Source of the DNA: Eledone cirrhosa
Taxonomy: Eukaryota
DNA: 64,000 bases
NCBI GenBank assembly: GCA_964016885.1
Contig: OZ024740.1
Span: forward strand, 425,072,001-425,136,000
Direction of reading: 5' to 3'
Shown: positions 1 to 12,888 of the stretch, piece after piece
Layout: each line of letters opens with the position of its first letter
How positions within the stretch are numbered: the first letter of the stretch is position 1
The notes under the pieces: generated by a model
What the model was told of the DNA's origin: nothing
The model's input: the letters and a program-made list of their open reading frames with translations, nothing else
The model's database searches: none
Made by a program: the position numbers and the translations under genes

Positions 1-39
1 ATTTATTTTGAGAATAATACCTTAACATAAGTATGAGCA

Positions 40-118
40 GCCAGTTATGGCTGGTTTGAACAGAAAAATGTGAGAGAATTCTGGACGGATATGGCCGGTT
101 TAAATGCTAAAGGGTTAA
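40..118. mobile_element. possible piggyBac-like element terminus (...AAAGGG-TTAA)
   Basis: Ends in gggTTAA, the piggyBac-type end plus target site. The matching end is not in the window. Confidence 0.3.
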
Positions 119-486
119 CATTTTGAAACATACTGGGAATAATTCCTAGATCCAGTTAACATTAAATAAATCACTGTAGTGAAATTGAAAGGCAACGGTA
201 AGCAGACATAGTTAATTTTTGTTAGATGCTAATTAAGTAGACTTCCCATTCTATTTCTCTATTTAGTTGGATTAAACTCGTCATGCAATAATTGGACTTA
301 ATTATTATTTTCTCATGAATAACATGAGGGAATTGTTGGCGGTTGCTTTATTGGAGAGATTAAAGTTTGTTGTGTTAAGTTAAATGAACTGCGACACTGA
401 ATATGTCGGGGCATGTTCATATAATTTGGACATCAAACTATAGCTTTGCTTTTTCATATATTTATATACATAGATAGATACATTAG

Positions 487-615
487 AACACACACACACA
501 TACAGATATACACACACACATACACACAAACATATACATACACACACACACACATACATACATACATACATACATACATACATACATACATACATACGTA
601 TATACATACGTACAT

Positions 616-650
<35 letters not shown>

Positions 651-756
651 CAAACACATACATATATATATATATACACACGCAAATGCAAACATGCACA
701 CACACGCAAACACTGATACACATACACACACACACATATGTACACACTCACAACAG

Positions 757-793
<37 letters not shown>

Positions 794-800
794 GTGTGTG
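487..800. repeat. compound (CA)n/(CATA)n/(TA)n microsatellite
   Basis: Directly visible. Confidence 0.95.
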
Positions 801-883
801 TTGTACCCCCCACTCTCAAGCGTGAATCTAATACTAACACTTTGTACTGTACTCTTTGTTATTGTTTTTGTTTTCTGTTTTAA

Positions 884-928
<45 letters not shown>

Positions 929-931
<3 letters not shown>

Positions 932-1232
932 GAACCACCTAAGAGAACATTAGTCTACGACCTCTATTATACCATAAACGTGGTTCTGTCTTTGCGCGTA
1001 ATTGTTTTTCACCGCTCCTATTAATGACGTATTATATTCGTTTTTTCCCGTTCTTAGCCAGCGAACGTTTCCACGAACCAAAGTATCGTCTTCCTGTCTT
1101 CCTCCGGTTGCAACGTTTTTTGAAATATCCACTTCTGCGTTTACAGATTGACTTTGTTAGTTTCAGAAGATCCCGTTAAGAATGAAAGCAGCGATTCTTT
1201 GCTTAAACTTTAATCTGTTATTTTAATAAATA
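929..1232 (+). mobile_element. solo pLTR fragment of the Naiad-type Penelope family (family A)
   Basis: Near-identical to 58655-58950, 19820-20113 and 60530-60815. Preceded by (TA)n. Confidence 0.85.
1144..1217 (+). ncRNA. type I hammerhead-like motif, CAGAAGA core (family A), stem II damaged
   Basis: AGTTT CAGAAGA TCCCGTTAAGAAT GAAA GCA..TGC TT AAACT, with distal stem I CAGATTGA/TTAATCTG. Confidence 0.55.
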
Positions 1233-1373
1233 TATATTTAATTTGGATTAATTTTAATTGTATATTAATTTTGATTTATTTTGAAAAATTGGTTGAATTT
1301 TACTTGTTCTGCTTATCTCGATATATATATATATATATATATATATGTAGATAAATCTACCAATAGATATATG

Positions 1374-1432
<59 letters not shown>

Positions 1433-1836
1433 GATGATGATGATGATGAAATATATGGAGAATAGAAATGGCTGTGTAGTTGCTATTTAAGGTAACTTAA
1501 AATGCAGTGGGAATACGAAGAAAGCAAGAACAAGGGGGGTGGGGGGTCCTCATCAGTTGTCTTCTGGGGGTCTAGGATATTTCTACGCTTTAAAGACAAG
1601 ATACCACTTCACCCCGAGGTGTCAATAACTGGATAAATTATTGGGAAAATGAAGGAAGGAGGGAAGGAAAGCAAAGAGAAACAGTAACAAAACAGCGAAA
1701 AAAGGCACAAACCGACCAATGTGCTAAAGACAAGTAGAAAACCGTCGAAATGGTGCTGTATCCGCCAATACTATATACTTGTGAAGTTTTGTGATGTCAC
1801 CTTTAAGATATGGTTTTTGGGGTTTAGTTTAAAATA

Positions 1837-1980
1837 ATTGTTTCTACTTTTGGCACAAGGTCAGCAATTATCCAGTACATTACTGGTACTTTATTTTATC
1901 GACCCCGTAAGGATGAAAGACAAAGTTGACCTCGCCGGGATTTGAACTCAGAATGGAAAGGGCCGTAATTCTATGCGTTT
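1837..1980 (-). mobile_element. tRNA-derived SINE with conserved central (Meta-like) domain
   Basis: ctggtactttattttatcgaccccgtaaggatgaaag..gggatttgaactc (B-box on the minus strand). Many copies in the window. Confidence 0.8.
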
Positions 1981-2293
1981 AAAATAATATTAGTATCTAA
2001 AGAAGAACCCATCAATTCAAAATGCCACATAAAATATCGTTGCAGCTAGGAAGTTTTTGATCGTAGTGTTCATAAATCATAGAACACAAGAGTATCAACA
2101 ACTATTATCAACAATAATCAACAATTATCTATCTTGTCATACATGCTGGCGGAAACAGCAGCAACATCTTCCCCAAATCCCATCCTACCGTCTTAACAAA
2201 TAAAGAAAAGAGCCACGAGAAAAAAATTGCCGTGGTTCGAGTGTATTTGTTCACATGAGTACTTGATCAGTGCTGTCCCAGGGCTAAATAATA

Positions 2294-2672
2294 ATTGTTT
2301 CTATTTTAGGCACAAGGTCAGCATTTACCCAGTACATTACTGGTACTTTATTTTATCACCCCGTAAGGATGATAGGCAAAGTTAACCTCGCTGGGATTTG
2401 AACTCAGAATGGCAATGGCCGTAACTCTATGCGTCAAAGCATGGCGTCCGACCCTCTTGGTTTCTGATTTAGGGACAAGGCCAACAATTTTGGGAAGGTA
2501 AAGTCGATTAAATCGACCCCAGAGCATTACTGGTACTTTATTTTATCGACCCCGTAAGGATGAAAGGCAAAGTTAACCTCGGCGGGATTTGAACTCAGGC
2601 CATAAAGGGTCGTAGCTCTTTGCTGCAAAGCATGGCGTCCGACCCTCTACCGATACTGCCAATCCACCGCCT
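2294..2672 (-). mobile_element. two tandem copies of the same SINE
   Basis: Same core at about 2340 and about 2530. The second copy includes the tRNA-like head (ggcggtggattggcagtatcggtagag on the minus strand). Confidence 0.8.
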
Positions 2673-3239
2673 ATAATATGATAAAAGTCAACTAGGAACA
2701 GTTCCTCAATAGTAGGGGAAGAACCCCTAGGGTAATTCTAGGGGAAGCTCCACACAAAACTCCTGGATTATTTAGCCGCATCAAGGTCATTGAAAGTCCT
2801 ATCTCCCGGTTACTTTCCTCCAGCTTAAAAAAGCCTGGTAAAAGTAGGCCCTCGTCAATCCCGTCCCTTTCACTCAATTCTCATCAAACGCACTAATAAT
2901 AATAATAAAAAGAAAAAAGGTGGGAACGACGGGCGTGAAAAAACACTTATGGCAGACAGTAAATGCTCCCTTTTGTGTAGAGGTCAAACTTCTGACCCTA
3001 TATCTCTCTCCCCCTCTCACTTTATATCTACATCTCCCCCTCTCTCTCTACTCCTTCCTAGTCCTATCCCCTCTTCCCTCTCTGACGCCCCTTTTTATGA
3101 CCACTTTTTAACCTTCCCTCCATTGATCCAGTCCCCTTCCTTTCCCTATACCAACAATCATGTCTACTAAACCCCTATTTTATTTTTAATGCCTTACTTT
3201 CCATTCTTCTCAGTCCTTACTCTTTGCCTCCACCCCACC

Positions 3240-3515
3240 TCTCTCTTTCTCTCACTCTCGCCTCTTCTTCCTCTCTCTCTCGTCTCTTCTTTCTCTCTCT
3301 CTCTCTCGCCTCTACTTTCTCTCTCTCTTTCTCTCTTTCACTCTTTCTCTCTCTCGCCTCTACTTTCTCTCTCTCTCCCTCTTTCTCTCTCTTTCTCTTC
3401 TTTCTCTTTCTCTCTCCCTCTTTCTCTCTCACCTCTTCTCTCTCTCTCTCCCTCTTTCTCACTCTCTTTCTCTTCTTCCCATCTCTCTCTCTCTCTCTCT
3501 CTCTTTCTCTTCTTC

Positions 3516-3564
<49 letters not shown>

Positions 3565-3670
3565 CCTCTCTCTCCCTCTCTCTCTCTCTCTCTTTCTCTT
3601 CTTCCCATCTCTCTCTCTCTCTCTCTCTCTTTCTCTTCTTCCCATCTCTCTCTCTCTCTCTCTCTCTAAC
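3240..3670. repeat. (CT)n polypyrimidine tract
   Basis: Directly visible. Confidence 0.95.
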
Positions 3671-4349
3671 TATTACCCTCATTTACTTATCATTACCATT
3701 TAAACGTTATTTTCTCTACTTCCTTCTCATGTACACATTCTCCTCCCCTTCCACCCTCTCCTCTATAACTTACACTTTCTCTTCTCTCCCTCTCTCTTCA
3801 TTCACCTTTCTTTATCTTCTCACTTTTTCCGCTACTTATTTTCACATAGTCCTTTCTCAATCCAGTCTTTCTCTCTCTCTCTCTCACTCTCCCCCTCTCT
3901 CTTTCTCTATATATATCCCTCTCTCTCTCCCCTCTTCTTCTCTCTTCTAAAATGTATATTTTTACATAGAGAAACCAGGCTCTCTGACTATATGTAGTCA
4001 ATCACATAAATGGCCCTTGAAATATGTATAATAAAATAAATATGGTTTTATAAATATAGTTTCCATTTGTTAATATATTGTATATTTACTCCACTAAATT
4101 GTTGAGTGCTTTATATCAGTTAAATAAACATTTTTTAAGCTTGTTGAATCCCAACAAATTAAATATAACCTCTGCATATATATATATATATATACACATA
4201 TATATATGTATATATATATATGTGTGTGTGTGTGTGTGAGTTTCTACACAAACACACATATACATATACATGTATATATATATATATATACATAGAGTTT
4301 TATATGTTTCCCTCCCCCTCCTTCTCCCACCCATTCTCTCTCCTCTTTC

Positions 4350-4600
4350 TCCCAATTACTCTCTCCCAATCACTCTCTCTCAATCACTCTCTCTCCCAAT
4401 CACTGTCTCTCTCTCAATCACTCCCTCTTTCAATCACTTTTTCCCAATCACTCTCTCCCAATCACTCTCTCTCAATCACTCTCTCTCCCAATCACTCTCT
4501 CTTTCAATCACTCTCTCTCCCAATCACTCTCTCTTTCTATCACTCTCTCTCTATCTTCTTTCTCTCTCTCAATCACTCTCTCCTTCAATTACTCTCTCTA
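4350..4600. repeat. caatcactctctct minisatellite
   Basis: Repeated CAATCAC(TC)n units. Confidence 0.9.
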
Positions 4601-4866
4601 TCTCCTTCTACTCCCGACCCCTCTCTCTCTCTTCCATTAATACTTTTCATCAGTAATGTTCTACTTTCCTCTCTTTCACCTGACCCTTATTGCGGGTACT
4701 TCGAAATCCGCGACAGAAAAGGGGAGAAAGGCTGAAATTAACACTATAAATAGGGCTTCCATGACAATTTTATGGGCTGGCGGTAACCGTCACCTTGGCA
4801 ACCATTCAACGTCAGGCTGATGTGGGAATTGTCGTCTCAAGGGAGCTTCTCAATTAATTCTATCCC

Positions 4867-4938
4867 CTTCTTCTTCTTCTTCTTCTTCTTCTTCTTCTTC
4901 TTCTTCTTCTTCTTCTTCTTCTTCTTCTTCTTCTTCTT
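4867..4938. repeat. (TTC)n microsatellite
   Basis: Directly visible. Confidence 0.97.
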
Positions 4939-5286
4939 CCCATCCCCTCTCCTCCTCCCACACCCCTCTATCCATCTCCCTCTCTATCTACCACTCACTC
5001 CCCATAACCTACCCTCGCCTCTATATTCCTCTCAACATTATGTACACACAATGTTTCAGGAAACATAGCAACCAATATATATAAACAACAAGTAAGGTTA
5101 CATTTTAAAGCCCCTCTGATTGAGAACACCTATATATAATTAAAGGTATTCCAGCCGTGACCAATCCCTCTTATCCTCAGATACCTGTGTATCCAGATAT
5201 TCATTTATTGTCCAATGTCTTTTGAGACGCCATGGTGCAGTTTAAGGAAGACCTAGCTGATATTTCTTGCAACATTCTCTCTCTCC

Positions 5287-5365
<79 letters not shown>

Positions 5366-5437
5366 TATGTATATATTCTCTTTTACTCTTTTACCTGTTT
5401 CAGCCATCCGGCTGAGGCCATGCTGGGGCACCGCCCT

Positions 5438-5497
<60 letters not shown>

Positions 5498-5585
5498 AAA
5501 GAGTTATTTAATTTGCTCTATTTACATAGAACTCATAACATTAAGTTCATATGTCGATATGTCACTATCTGTAAACCAATTATTG

Positions 5586-5646
5586 TATTCTATCTGACGA
5601 TAGCGTACCAAAATACTGGTACCCTTGAAATATATATAATAAAATA
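5586..5646 (+). ncRNA. type I hammerhead ribozyme (family B)
   Basis: TATTCTAT CTGACGA TAGC-GTACCA aaatac TGGTAC-CCTT GAAA TATATATA ATAAAATA. Homolog at 12679-12739. Confidence 0.75.
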
Positions 5647-5687
5647 AATATGATTTTATAAAGATAGTTTCCATTTATTAATATTAT

Positions 5688-5727
<40 letters not shown>

Positions 5728-5730
<3 letters not shown>

Positions 5731-6011
5731 TATGTATACGTACATACATATATGTATGCAGACGTACAGTAGTATATATGTACGTATGGGTTTACCGAAC
5801 ATTTATTATAATGCTTGGTTTGTTTGTAAACAAACAGCGCGAATTATTAGCCGTACAGTGTTCGGCAACCATCGTTGCCATTTTGTTCAACACTGACAAA
5901 GGAACGATAAACTAGTTTCTAGCTTATTAGCTGTCATTAGCACCGTATACCTTCCTGTCAGTCAATTGAACACTTGCCGAACACTGTACGGCTAATAATT
6001 CGGGCTGTTCG
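5728..6011 (-). mobile_element. diverged copy of HHR-bearing element family C with a short terminal inversion
   Basis: Aligns to 7971-8255. 5973-6010 is the reverse complement of about 5833-5868. Confidence 0.8.
5904..5946 (-). ncRNA. type I hammerhead (family C), core mutated (CTAATGA)
   Basis: Minus strand: ACGGTG CTAATGA C AGCT AATA AGCT A GAAA CTAG TT TATCGT. Confidence 0.6.
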
Positions 6012-6204
6012 GTTTCCTTCTTGTCTCTGATTTTCAGCCCTATGGATTTTGTCTATTATATTCCTTTGTTATATTTCGAATATTGTTATATTTCGATGAT
6101 GTCACCGGATTCATACTGAACCCGGTCATTGAAATGATATAGTATAATAAACCTTTTAAGGAATTACACCAGTCCAGCCTCCTGTTATTTTATAATATAT
6201 ATAT

Positions 6205-6564
6205 ATATAAGTTAAAACAATGAAATAAAAAATCAAGTCATTAGAGATATACTTCACTGCTTTACGATCGTTTCTAGATGATGATAATACATTGTAGCTA
6301 TACTTCGTTATTGATCTATGTAAGGTTAGTTACAAAATATCAGATAAAGTGAATATTTACTTACATGCATATCACCAGCTGTTTTCAAAAGCTGGTGATA
6401 TGCATGTAAGTAAATATTCTCTTTATCTGATATTTTGTAACTAACCTTACATAGATCAATAACAAAGTATAGCTACAATGTATTATCATCATCTAGAAAC
6501 GATCGTAAAGCAGTGAAGTATATCTCTAATGACCTGATTTTTTATTTCATTGTTTTAACTTATA
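6205..6564. repeat. near-perfect palindrome, about 175-bp arms and 9-nt loop
   Basis: Centre caccagct-gttttcaaa-agctggtg. The arms differ at only a few positions. Confidence 0.95.
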
Positions 6565-6694
6565 TCCTGACTCTGTTTTCCTTTTAATGTTTTATTGTTT
6601 TCCGAGATTTATCTTAACCTACAACATTTTCAACATATGGATTACATCGAGTTCTTCATGCAGACTGGACCCCACAACTTACTGTGGATACCTC

Positions 6695-6743
<49 letters not shown>

Positions 6744-7571
6744 TGATGAGCAGAACAAACAAACATTAAACAATCCTTTAAATAAATTTAAAAAATGATT
6801 TAAATATCTACCTGTTCATAATGCTATTACCGGCGGTTTCCATTTACAAAAGATTAGAAATTCAGAGAATTTCCAACGGAAAGTATATATATATATATAT
6901 AGTTACAGCAGTATACATACAGAGTAGGTAAGTGAGACTGCACCAATGTGTATATAGATATACACATATGTGATATGTAGGCTAGTAAACAGGTTAGAAA
7001 ATATGAATTGCCTCGTAAACTGAAAAAATGATTCGGATCTAATTGAATTCTCATCAGAAGACATGGAAATCGTTCAAACAACCACAAGGCTTATATACCC
7101 ATTGATTCTTAGTATTATTCTGAAATGGACTGATAGTAATTTGCATATAATTAGCACCCGTATTGGTAATTAATTAAGATAGTGTGCTAGCAGCCGAAGT
7201 GTATGTTAAAGTTATATCTGTATAAATACAGAGTGAATAACCGAGACTGCACAAAAACTTACTTATAGGTCTATCTATCTCACTCTCTATCTGTCTTCTA
7301 TCTATTTCTCTCTTTCTCTCTCTCCCCACCTCTCTCTCTCTTCTCTCTTTATATATATATATATACATTTCATTTTTGAATTTGTTTTGCAATATTTCTT
7401 ATCTGAAAACGTGTGTTGAAACAGATATTGTTATACTTTGGGAGGGTTATGCTGCCAATAAAAACACACGCACCTGTTAGTTTTCACTTCAATTTATTAT
7501 AAGTTTCCGGTTGGCTGGTTGGTTGATAACCGGATGGTTGTTAATATATTGTAAAAAAAAAAAAATCCCCA

Positions 7572-7614
7572 GTCACTGAGGAGGTCACAAAATGTGTGAT
7601 GAAAGAGCTTTGAC
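7572..7614 (+). ncRNA. type I hammerhead in the loop of an inverted repeat (7509-7656)
   Basis: GTCA CTGAGGA G GTCACA aaatg TGTGAT GAAA GAGC TT TGAC. Confidence 0.65.
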
Positions 7615-7738
7615 AATATATAAGCAACCATCCGGTTATCAACCAGCTAACCAACCGTTTGGGGTGCTAACTATACGTATTTTGCGGATAGCCAGTTGTA
7701 TTATTTTATATGGGACATAATTAAAATACATCTTTCTT

Positions 7739-7860
7739 TCCAAACGATCTTTTCATTATAAGTTTTCTACAAATTGGGAAAATAATGTCCAGGTTATGTA
7801 AAAGCCTACACATTGTCCGTAGGAATATATGTAGGTGGGCACTTATAAATCATCAGTAGA
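7739..7860 (-). ncRNA. type I hammerhead with long branched stem II
   Basis: Minus strand: TCTA CTGATGA T TTATAAGT..(CCTACA/TGTAGG)..ACTTATAA T GAAA AGATCG TT TGGA. Confidence 0.65.
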
Positions 7861-7895
7861 TGCCCGACAAATATCGATATAAAAAAACCTTACCG

Positions 7896-7973
<78 letters not shown>

Positions 7974-8186
7974 TATGTATACGTACATACATATATGTAT
8001 ACGGACATACAGTAGTATGTATATATATATATATATATACATACATGCACACATATATATATATGCACGTATGGATTCACCGAACATTTATTATAATGCT
8101 CGGTGTGTTTGTAAACAAACATCCCGAATTAAGCCGTACAGTGTCTAGCAACCATCGTTGCTCATTTGTTCAACACTGACAAAGGA

Positions 8187-8229
8187 ACGCTGTACTAGTT
8201 TCAAGCTTATTAGCTATCGTCAGCAACGT
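8187..8229 (-). ncRNA. minimal type I hammerhead (family C)
   Basis: Minus strand: ACGTTG CTGACGA T AGCT AATA AGCT T GAAA CTAG TA CAGCGT. Confidence 0.85.
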
Positions 8230-8583
8230 ATACCTTCCTGCCAGATGGTTGAACGTCTGAAAGTATATACTTTCCTTATGCATATTAACGGCTGAGCAGC
8301 CTAATTTGCAAATCGAGTGAGTTAATCGGCCAGGGTACCGAAAACGATAAACGGAAAAAATGAAACAAGATTTTAAGTAACAGCCGTACTAAGAGTGAGA
8401 AATGAAATTTCGTTTCCATTTTTCCGTTTATCGTTTTCGGTACCCCGGCCGATTAACTCACTCGATATGCAAATTAGGCTGCTCAGCCATTAATATGCAT
8501 AAGGAAAGTATATACTTTCAGACGTTAATATGCATAAGGAAAGTATATACTTTCAGACGTTCAACCATCTGGCAGGAAGGTAT

Positions 8584-8626
8584 ACGTTGCTGACGATAGC
8601 TAATAAGCTTGAAACTAGTACAGTGT
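8584..8626 (+). ncRNA. minimal type I hammerhead (family C)
   Basis: ACGTTG CTGACGA T AGCT AATA AGCT T GAAA CTAG TA CAGTGT. Palindromic stem III ACTAGT. Confidence 0.85.
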
Positions 8627-8912
8627 TCCTTTGTCAGTGTTGAACAAATGAGCAACGATGGTTGCTAGACACTGTACGGCTTAATTCGGGATGTTTGTTT
8701 ACAAAGACACCGGGCATTATAATAAATCTTCGGTGAATCCATACGTACACATATATATGTGTGCATGTATGTATATATATATATATAAACATACTACTGT
8801 ACGTCTGTATAAATATATGTATGTACGTATACATACTTATATTTAAGTAACAGCCGTACTAAGAGTGAGAAATGAAATTTCGTTTCATTTTTTCCGTTTA
8901 TATATATATATA

Positions 8913-8987
8913 TAATATAGAAAAGGCTTCTACAGGACTTGAACTGTTTCGTTCGGGAGAAATCACCAGGAAGCCTTTTCTATATTA
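8913..8987 (-). ncRNA. type I hammerhead with 18-bp stem I, core A6G (CTGGTGA)
   Basis: Minus strand: TAATATAGAAAAGGCTTC CTGGTGA T TTC tccc GAA C GAAA CAG ttcaagtc CTG TA GAAGCCTTTTCTATATTA. Confidence 0.7.
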
Positions 8988-9026
8988 AATATTTATACTC
9001 TGTTTTGTATTGAGTACCTTACTTAC

Positions 9027-9285
9027 TGTGGTAAAGAACCAGGTGTACCATAACGCACCAGAGTACTCGATACTTTGGGTAGTAGAGTGGGTAATAGGAA
9101 AACGTTCAAGACCCCGACGGCAGAGCTCAAGCCGTTTCGACGGCTATATCTGGACCCGATATAGCCGTCGAAACGGCTTGAGCTCTGCCGTCGGGATCCT
9201 GAACTTTTTCCTACTCTACTACCCAAAGTATCGAGTATTCTGGTACGTTATGGTCCACCTGGTTCTTTACTTCACTTCCTTCGTT
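9027..9285. mobile_element. fold-back element family D (palindromic)
   Basis: Arms ccccgacggcagagctcaagccgtttcgacggcta and its reverse complement. Centre at about 9154. Confidence 0.9.
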
Positions 9286-9293
9286 ATATATAT

Positions 9294-9346
<53 letters not shown>

Positions 9347-9595
9347 TATATAAATATATATATATAAGATCAACTCGTATCAAACAATGGAATATATGAT
9401 ACAATAGAATACAGAAGTGTATGTAAATACCACTTAACTTAAATAATTTCTGTATTGTATTTCTGTTTAGGCTTATATTTATTGTCACAATGGCATAGAA
9501 GGAGAGAGCGAGGGGGGGATAGGGGGGGGGGGGCAGAGACATACCTAGCTTGATAGATAGATAGATAGATTGATGCTGAGAGAGAGAGAGGGGGA

Positions 9596-9680
<85 letters not shown>

Positions 9681-10167
9681 ATGCATAGAGAGAGAGATTA
9701 ATGCATAGAGAGAGAGAGAAAGAGAGTGAGTGAGTTGGCTACTATTTCTAGCAGGTTAAGCTCCTACCACGTAGATGTTGCCCCTGTTAGTTGTCCAAGT
9801 GTTTTATTGTTTCGTTTCTCCTTATAGTTCGGCTTAGTATTGAGAAGACTGACGAAAGCAGCTGCTGCTACTCAGTTCACAGCTGATCACATACACTACA
9901 TGTAACCGAGGTGGAGGACCCGCTGAACGATTGAGCATTCAGTAACCTCCCTAACCCCTAAACCACCTCGGCGCCACGACCGCCACCGCCACCATAAACA
10001 CGTTACTAAGCCCCTTGACAACAGAGCCAGTAGTCTTGGAGACAGCGTGGATCAAGTCAGCGGTCAGCAGCTGATACGTGCTGGCGTCTCTCATGTGAAT
10101 TAAAAGAAATTACTGGATGTACAGAGCAGCAGAACCGTTGTTACTTGAGGAGTTCAATTCATTAGGT

Positions 10168-10512
10168 ACACACACACACATACATACACACACACACTCT
10201 CTCTCTCTTTCATACACACACATACACACACACACTCTCTCTCTCACACACACACACACTCTCTCTCTCACACACACACACTCTCTCTCTCTCACATACA
10301 CACACTCTCTCTCTCTCATACACACACATACACACACTCTCGCTCTGTCTCTCACATACACACACATACACACACACACTCTCTCTCTCTCACACACACA
10401 CACTCTCTCTCTCTCACATACACGCACTATCGCTCTCACTCTCTCATACACACACATACACACACTCTCGCTCTCTCTCTCTCACATACACACACATACA
10501 CACACACACACA

Positions 10513-10543
<31 letters not shown>

Positions 10544-11140
10544 TCTCCCTCTCTCTCACATACACACACTCTCGCTCTCTCTCTCACATACACACACACA
10601 CACTCTCGCTCTCTCTCTCTCTCTCTCACATACACACACATAAACACACACACTCTCTCTCTCTCACATACACACACACACACACATACACACACACACT
10701 CTCTCTCTCTCACATACACACACTCTCGCTCTCTCTCTCACATACACACACACACACTCTCGCTCTCTCTCTCTCTCTCTCTCACATACACACACACACA
10801 CACACACGCACACACACTCTCTCTCTCTCACATACACACACACACATACACACACTCTCGCTCTCTCTCTCACATACACATACACACATACACACACTCT
10901 CTCTCTCTCACATACACACACATACACACACACACACTCTCTCTCACATACACACACACACACGCACACACTCTCTCTCTCATATACACACAAACACTCT
11001 CTCTCTCTCTCACATACACACACACACACACTCTCTCTCTCTCACACACACACATATACACAGACTCTCTCTCTCACACACACACACACACACATACACA
11101 CACGCACACACTCTCTCTCTCACATACACGCACATACACA

Positions 11141-11171
<31 letters not shown>

Positions 11172-11410
11172 TCTCTCTCTCACATACACACACTCTCGCT
11201 CTCTCTCTCACATACACACACATACACACACACACACTCTCTCTCTCTTTCACATACACACACACACTCTCTCTCACACACACACACACACATACACAGA
11301 CTCTCTCTCTCACACACACACACACACACTCTCTCTCTCACATACACGCACATACACACACACACACACTCTCTCTCTCACACACACACACACACACGCA
11401 TACACACACA

Positions 11411-11447
<37 letters not shown>

Positions 11448-12290
11448 TCATACACATACATACGCATGCACACACACTCACACGCATACATACACGCTTA
11501 CGCACACACACATACACGTTTACGCATGCATACAAAAATGCACATACACTCACTCACACACACATACACACATACACATTCACGTAGACACAACCACGCA
11601 TACTCTCACACAGACACACATACGCACGAATGCACCCCCCAATATATATATATATATAGAGAGAGAGATAGACAGTTATATATATATAGAGAGAGAGACA
11701 GATATATATATATAGAGAGAGAGATAGACAGTTATATATATAGAGAGAGAGACAGATATATATATATAGAGAGAGAGATAGACAGTTATATATATATATA
11801 GAGAGAGACAGATATATATATAGAGAGAGAGAGATAGACAGTTATATATATATATAGAGAGAGAGACAGATATATATATAGAGAGAGAGACAGATATATA
11901 TATATAGAGAGAGAGACAGATATATATATAGAGAGAGAGACAGATATATATATAGAGAGAGAGACAGATATATATATATAGAGAGAGAGACAGATATATA
12001 TATATAGAGAGAGACAGATATATATATATAGAGAGAGAGATAGACAGTTATATATATATAGAGAGAGAGAGACAGATATATATATATAGAGAGAGAGACA
12101 GATATATATATAGAGAGAGAGAGACAGATATATATATATAGAGAGAGAGACAGATATATATATATAGAGAGAGAGACAGATATATATATAGAGAGAGAGA
12201 CAGATATATATATATAGAGAGAGAGATAGACAGTTATATATATATAGAGAGAGAGACAGATATATATATAGAGAGAGAGATACACGCACA
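10168..12290. repeat. compound (CA)n(CT)n tract followed by a (GA)nCAGA(TA)n minisatellite
   Basis: Directly visible. Confidence 0.95.
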
Positions 12291-12377
12291 TAAACTTACA
12301 TACACTCCCACGTATACACACACATGCATCCACTCACACACAGAGACACACATGCGCATACACACACACTCAAACAC

Positions 12378-12636
<259 letters not shown>

Positions 12637-12678
12637 ATGATATTCAATAAATGGAAACTATATTTATAAAACCATATT

Positions 12679-12739
12679 TATTCTATTATATATATTTCAA
12701 GGGTACCAAAAGTTTGGTACGCTTTCATCAGATAAAATA
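12679..12739 (-). ncRNA. type I hammerhead (family B), fully canonical
   Basis: Minus strand: TATTTTAT CTGATGA AAG C GTACCAAA ct TTTGGTAC C CTT GAAA TATATATA ATAGAATA. Confidence 0.85.
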
Positions 12740-12784
12740 CAAAGTTTGTTTTATAAATGTTAACATAACCAAGAAAAGATACCT

Positions 12785-12830
12785 TAACGGTTCAAGTTTT
12801 TCTTGGACTATCCAAGAAAAACTTGAACCG

Positions 12831-12833
<3 letters not shown>
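12785..12833. repeat. perfect 23-bp hairpin with a 3-nt loop
   Basis: taacggttcaagtttttcttgga-cta-tccaagaaaaacttgaaccgtta. Confidence 0.95.

Positions 12834-12888
<55 letters not shown>

Larger units (their letters stand above)
7971..8900. mobile_element. fold-back element (family C): about 400-bp inverted arms plus a terminal direct repeat, flanked by (TA)n
   Basis: 7971-8367 is the reverse complement of 8412-8839. 8372-8430 recurs at 8842-8900. Confidence 0.9.

Noticed and set aside
1520-1565. minus-strand CTGATGA motifs here and at about 7050
   Set aside because: No GAAA or stem III after the putative stem II.
10117-11715. 532-aa His/Thr/Leu/Ser-rich ORF
   Set aside because: Translation of (CA)n(CT)n repeats, which lack stop codons by composition.
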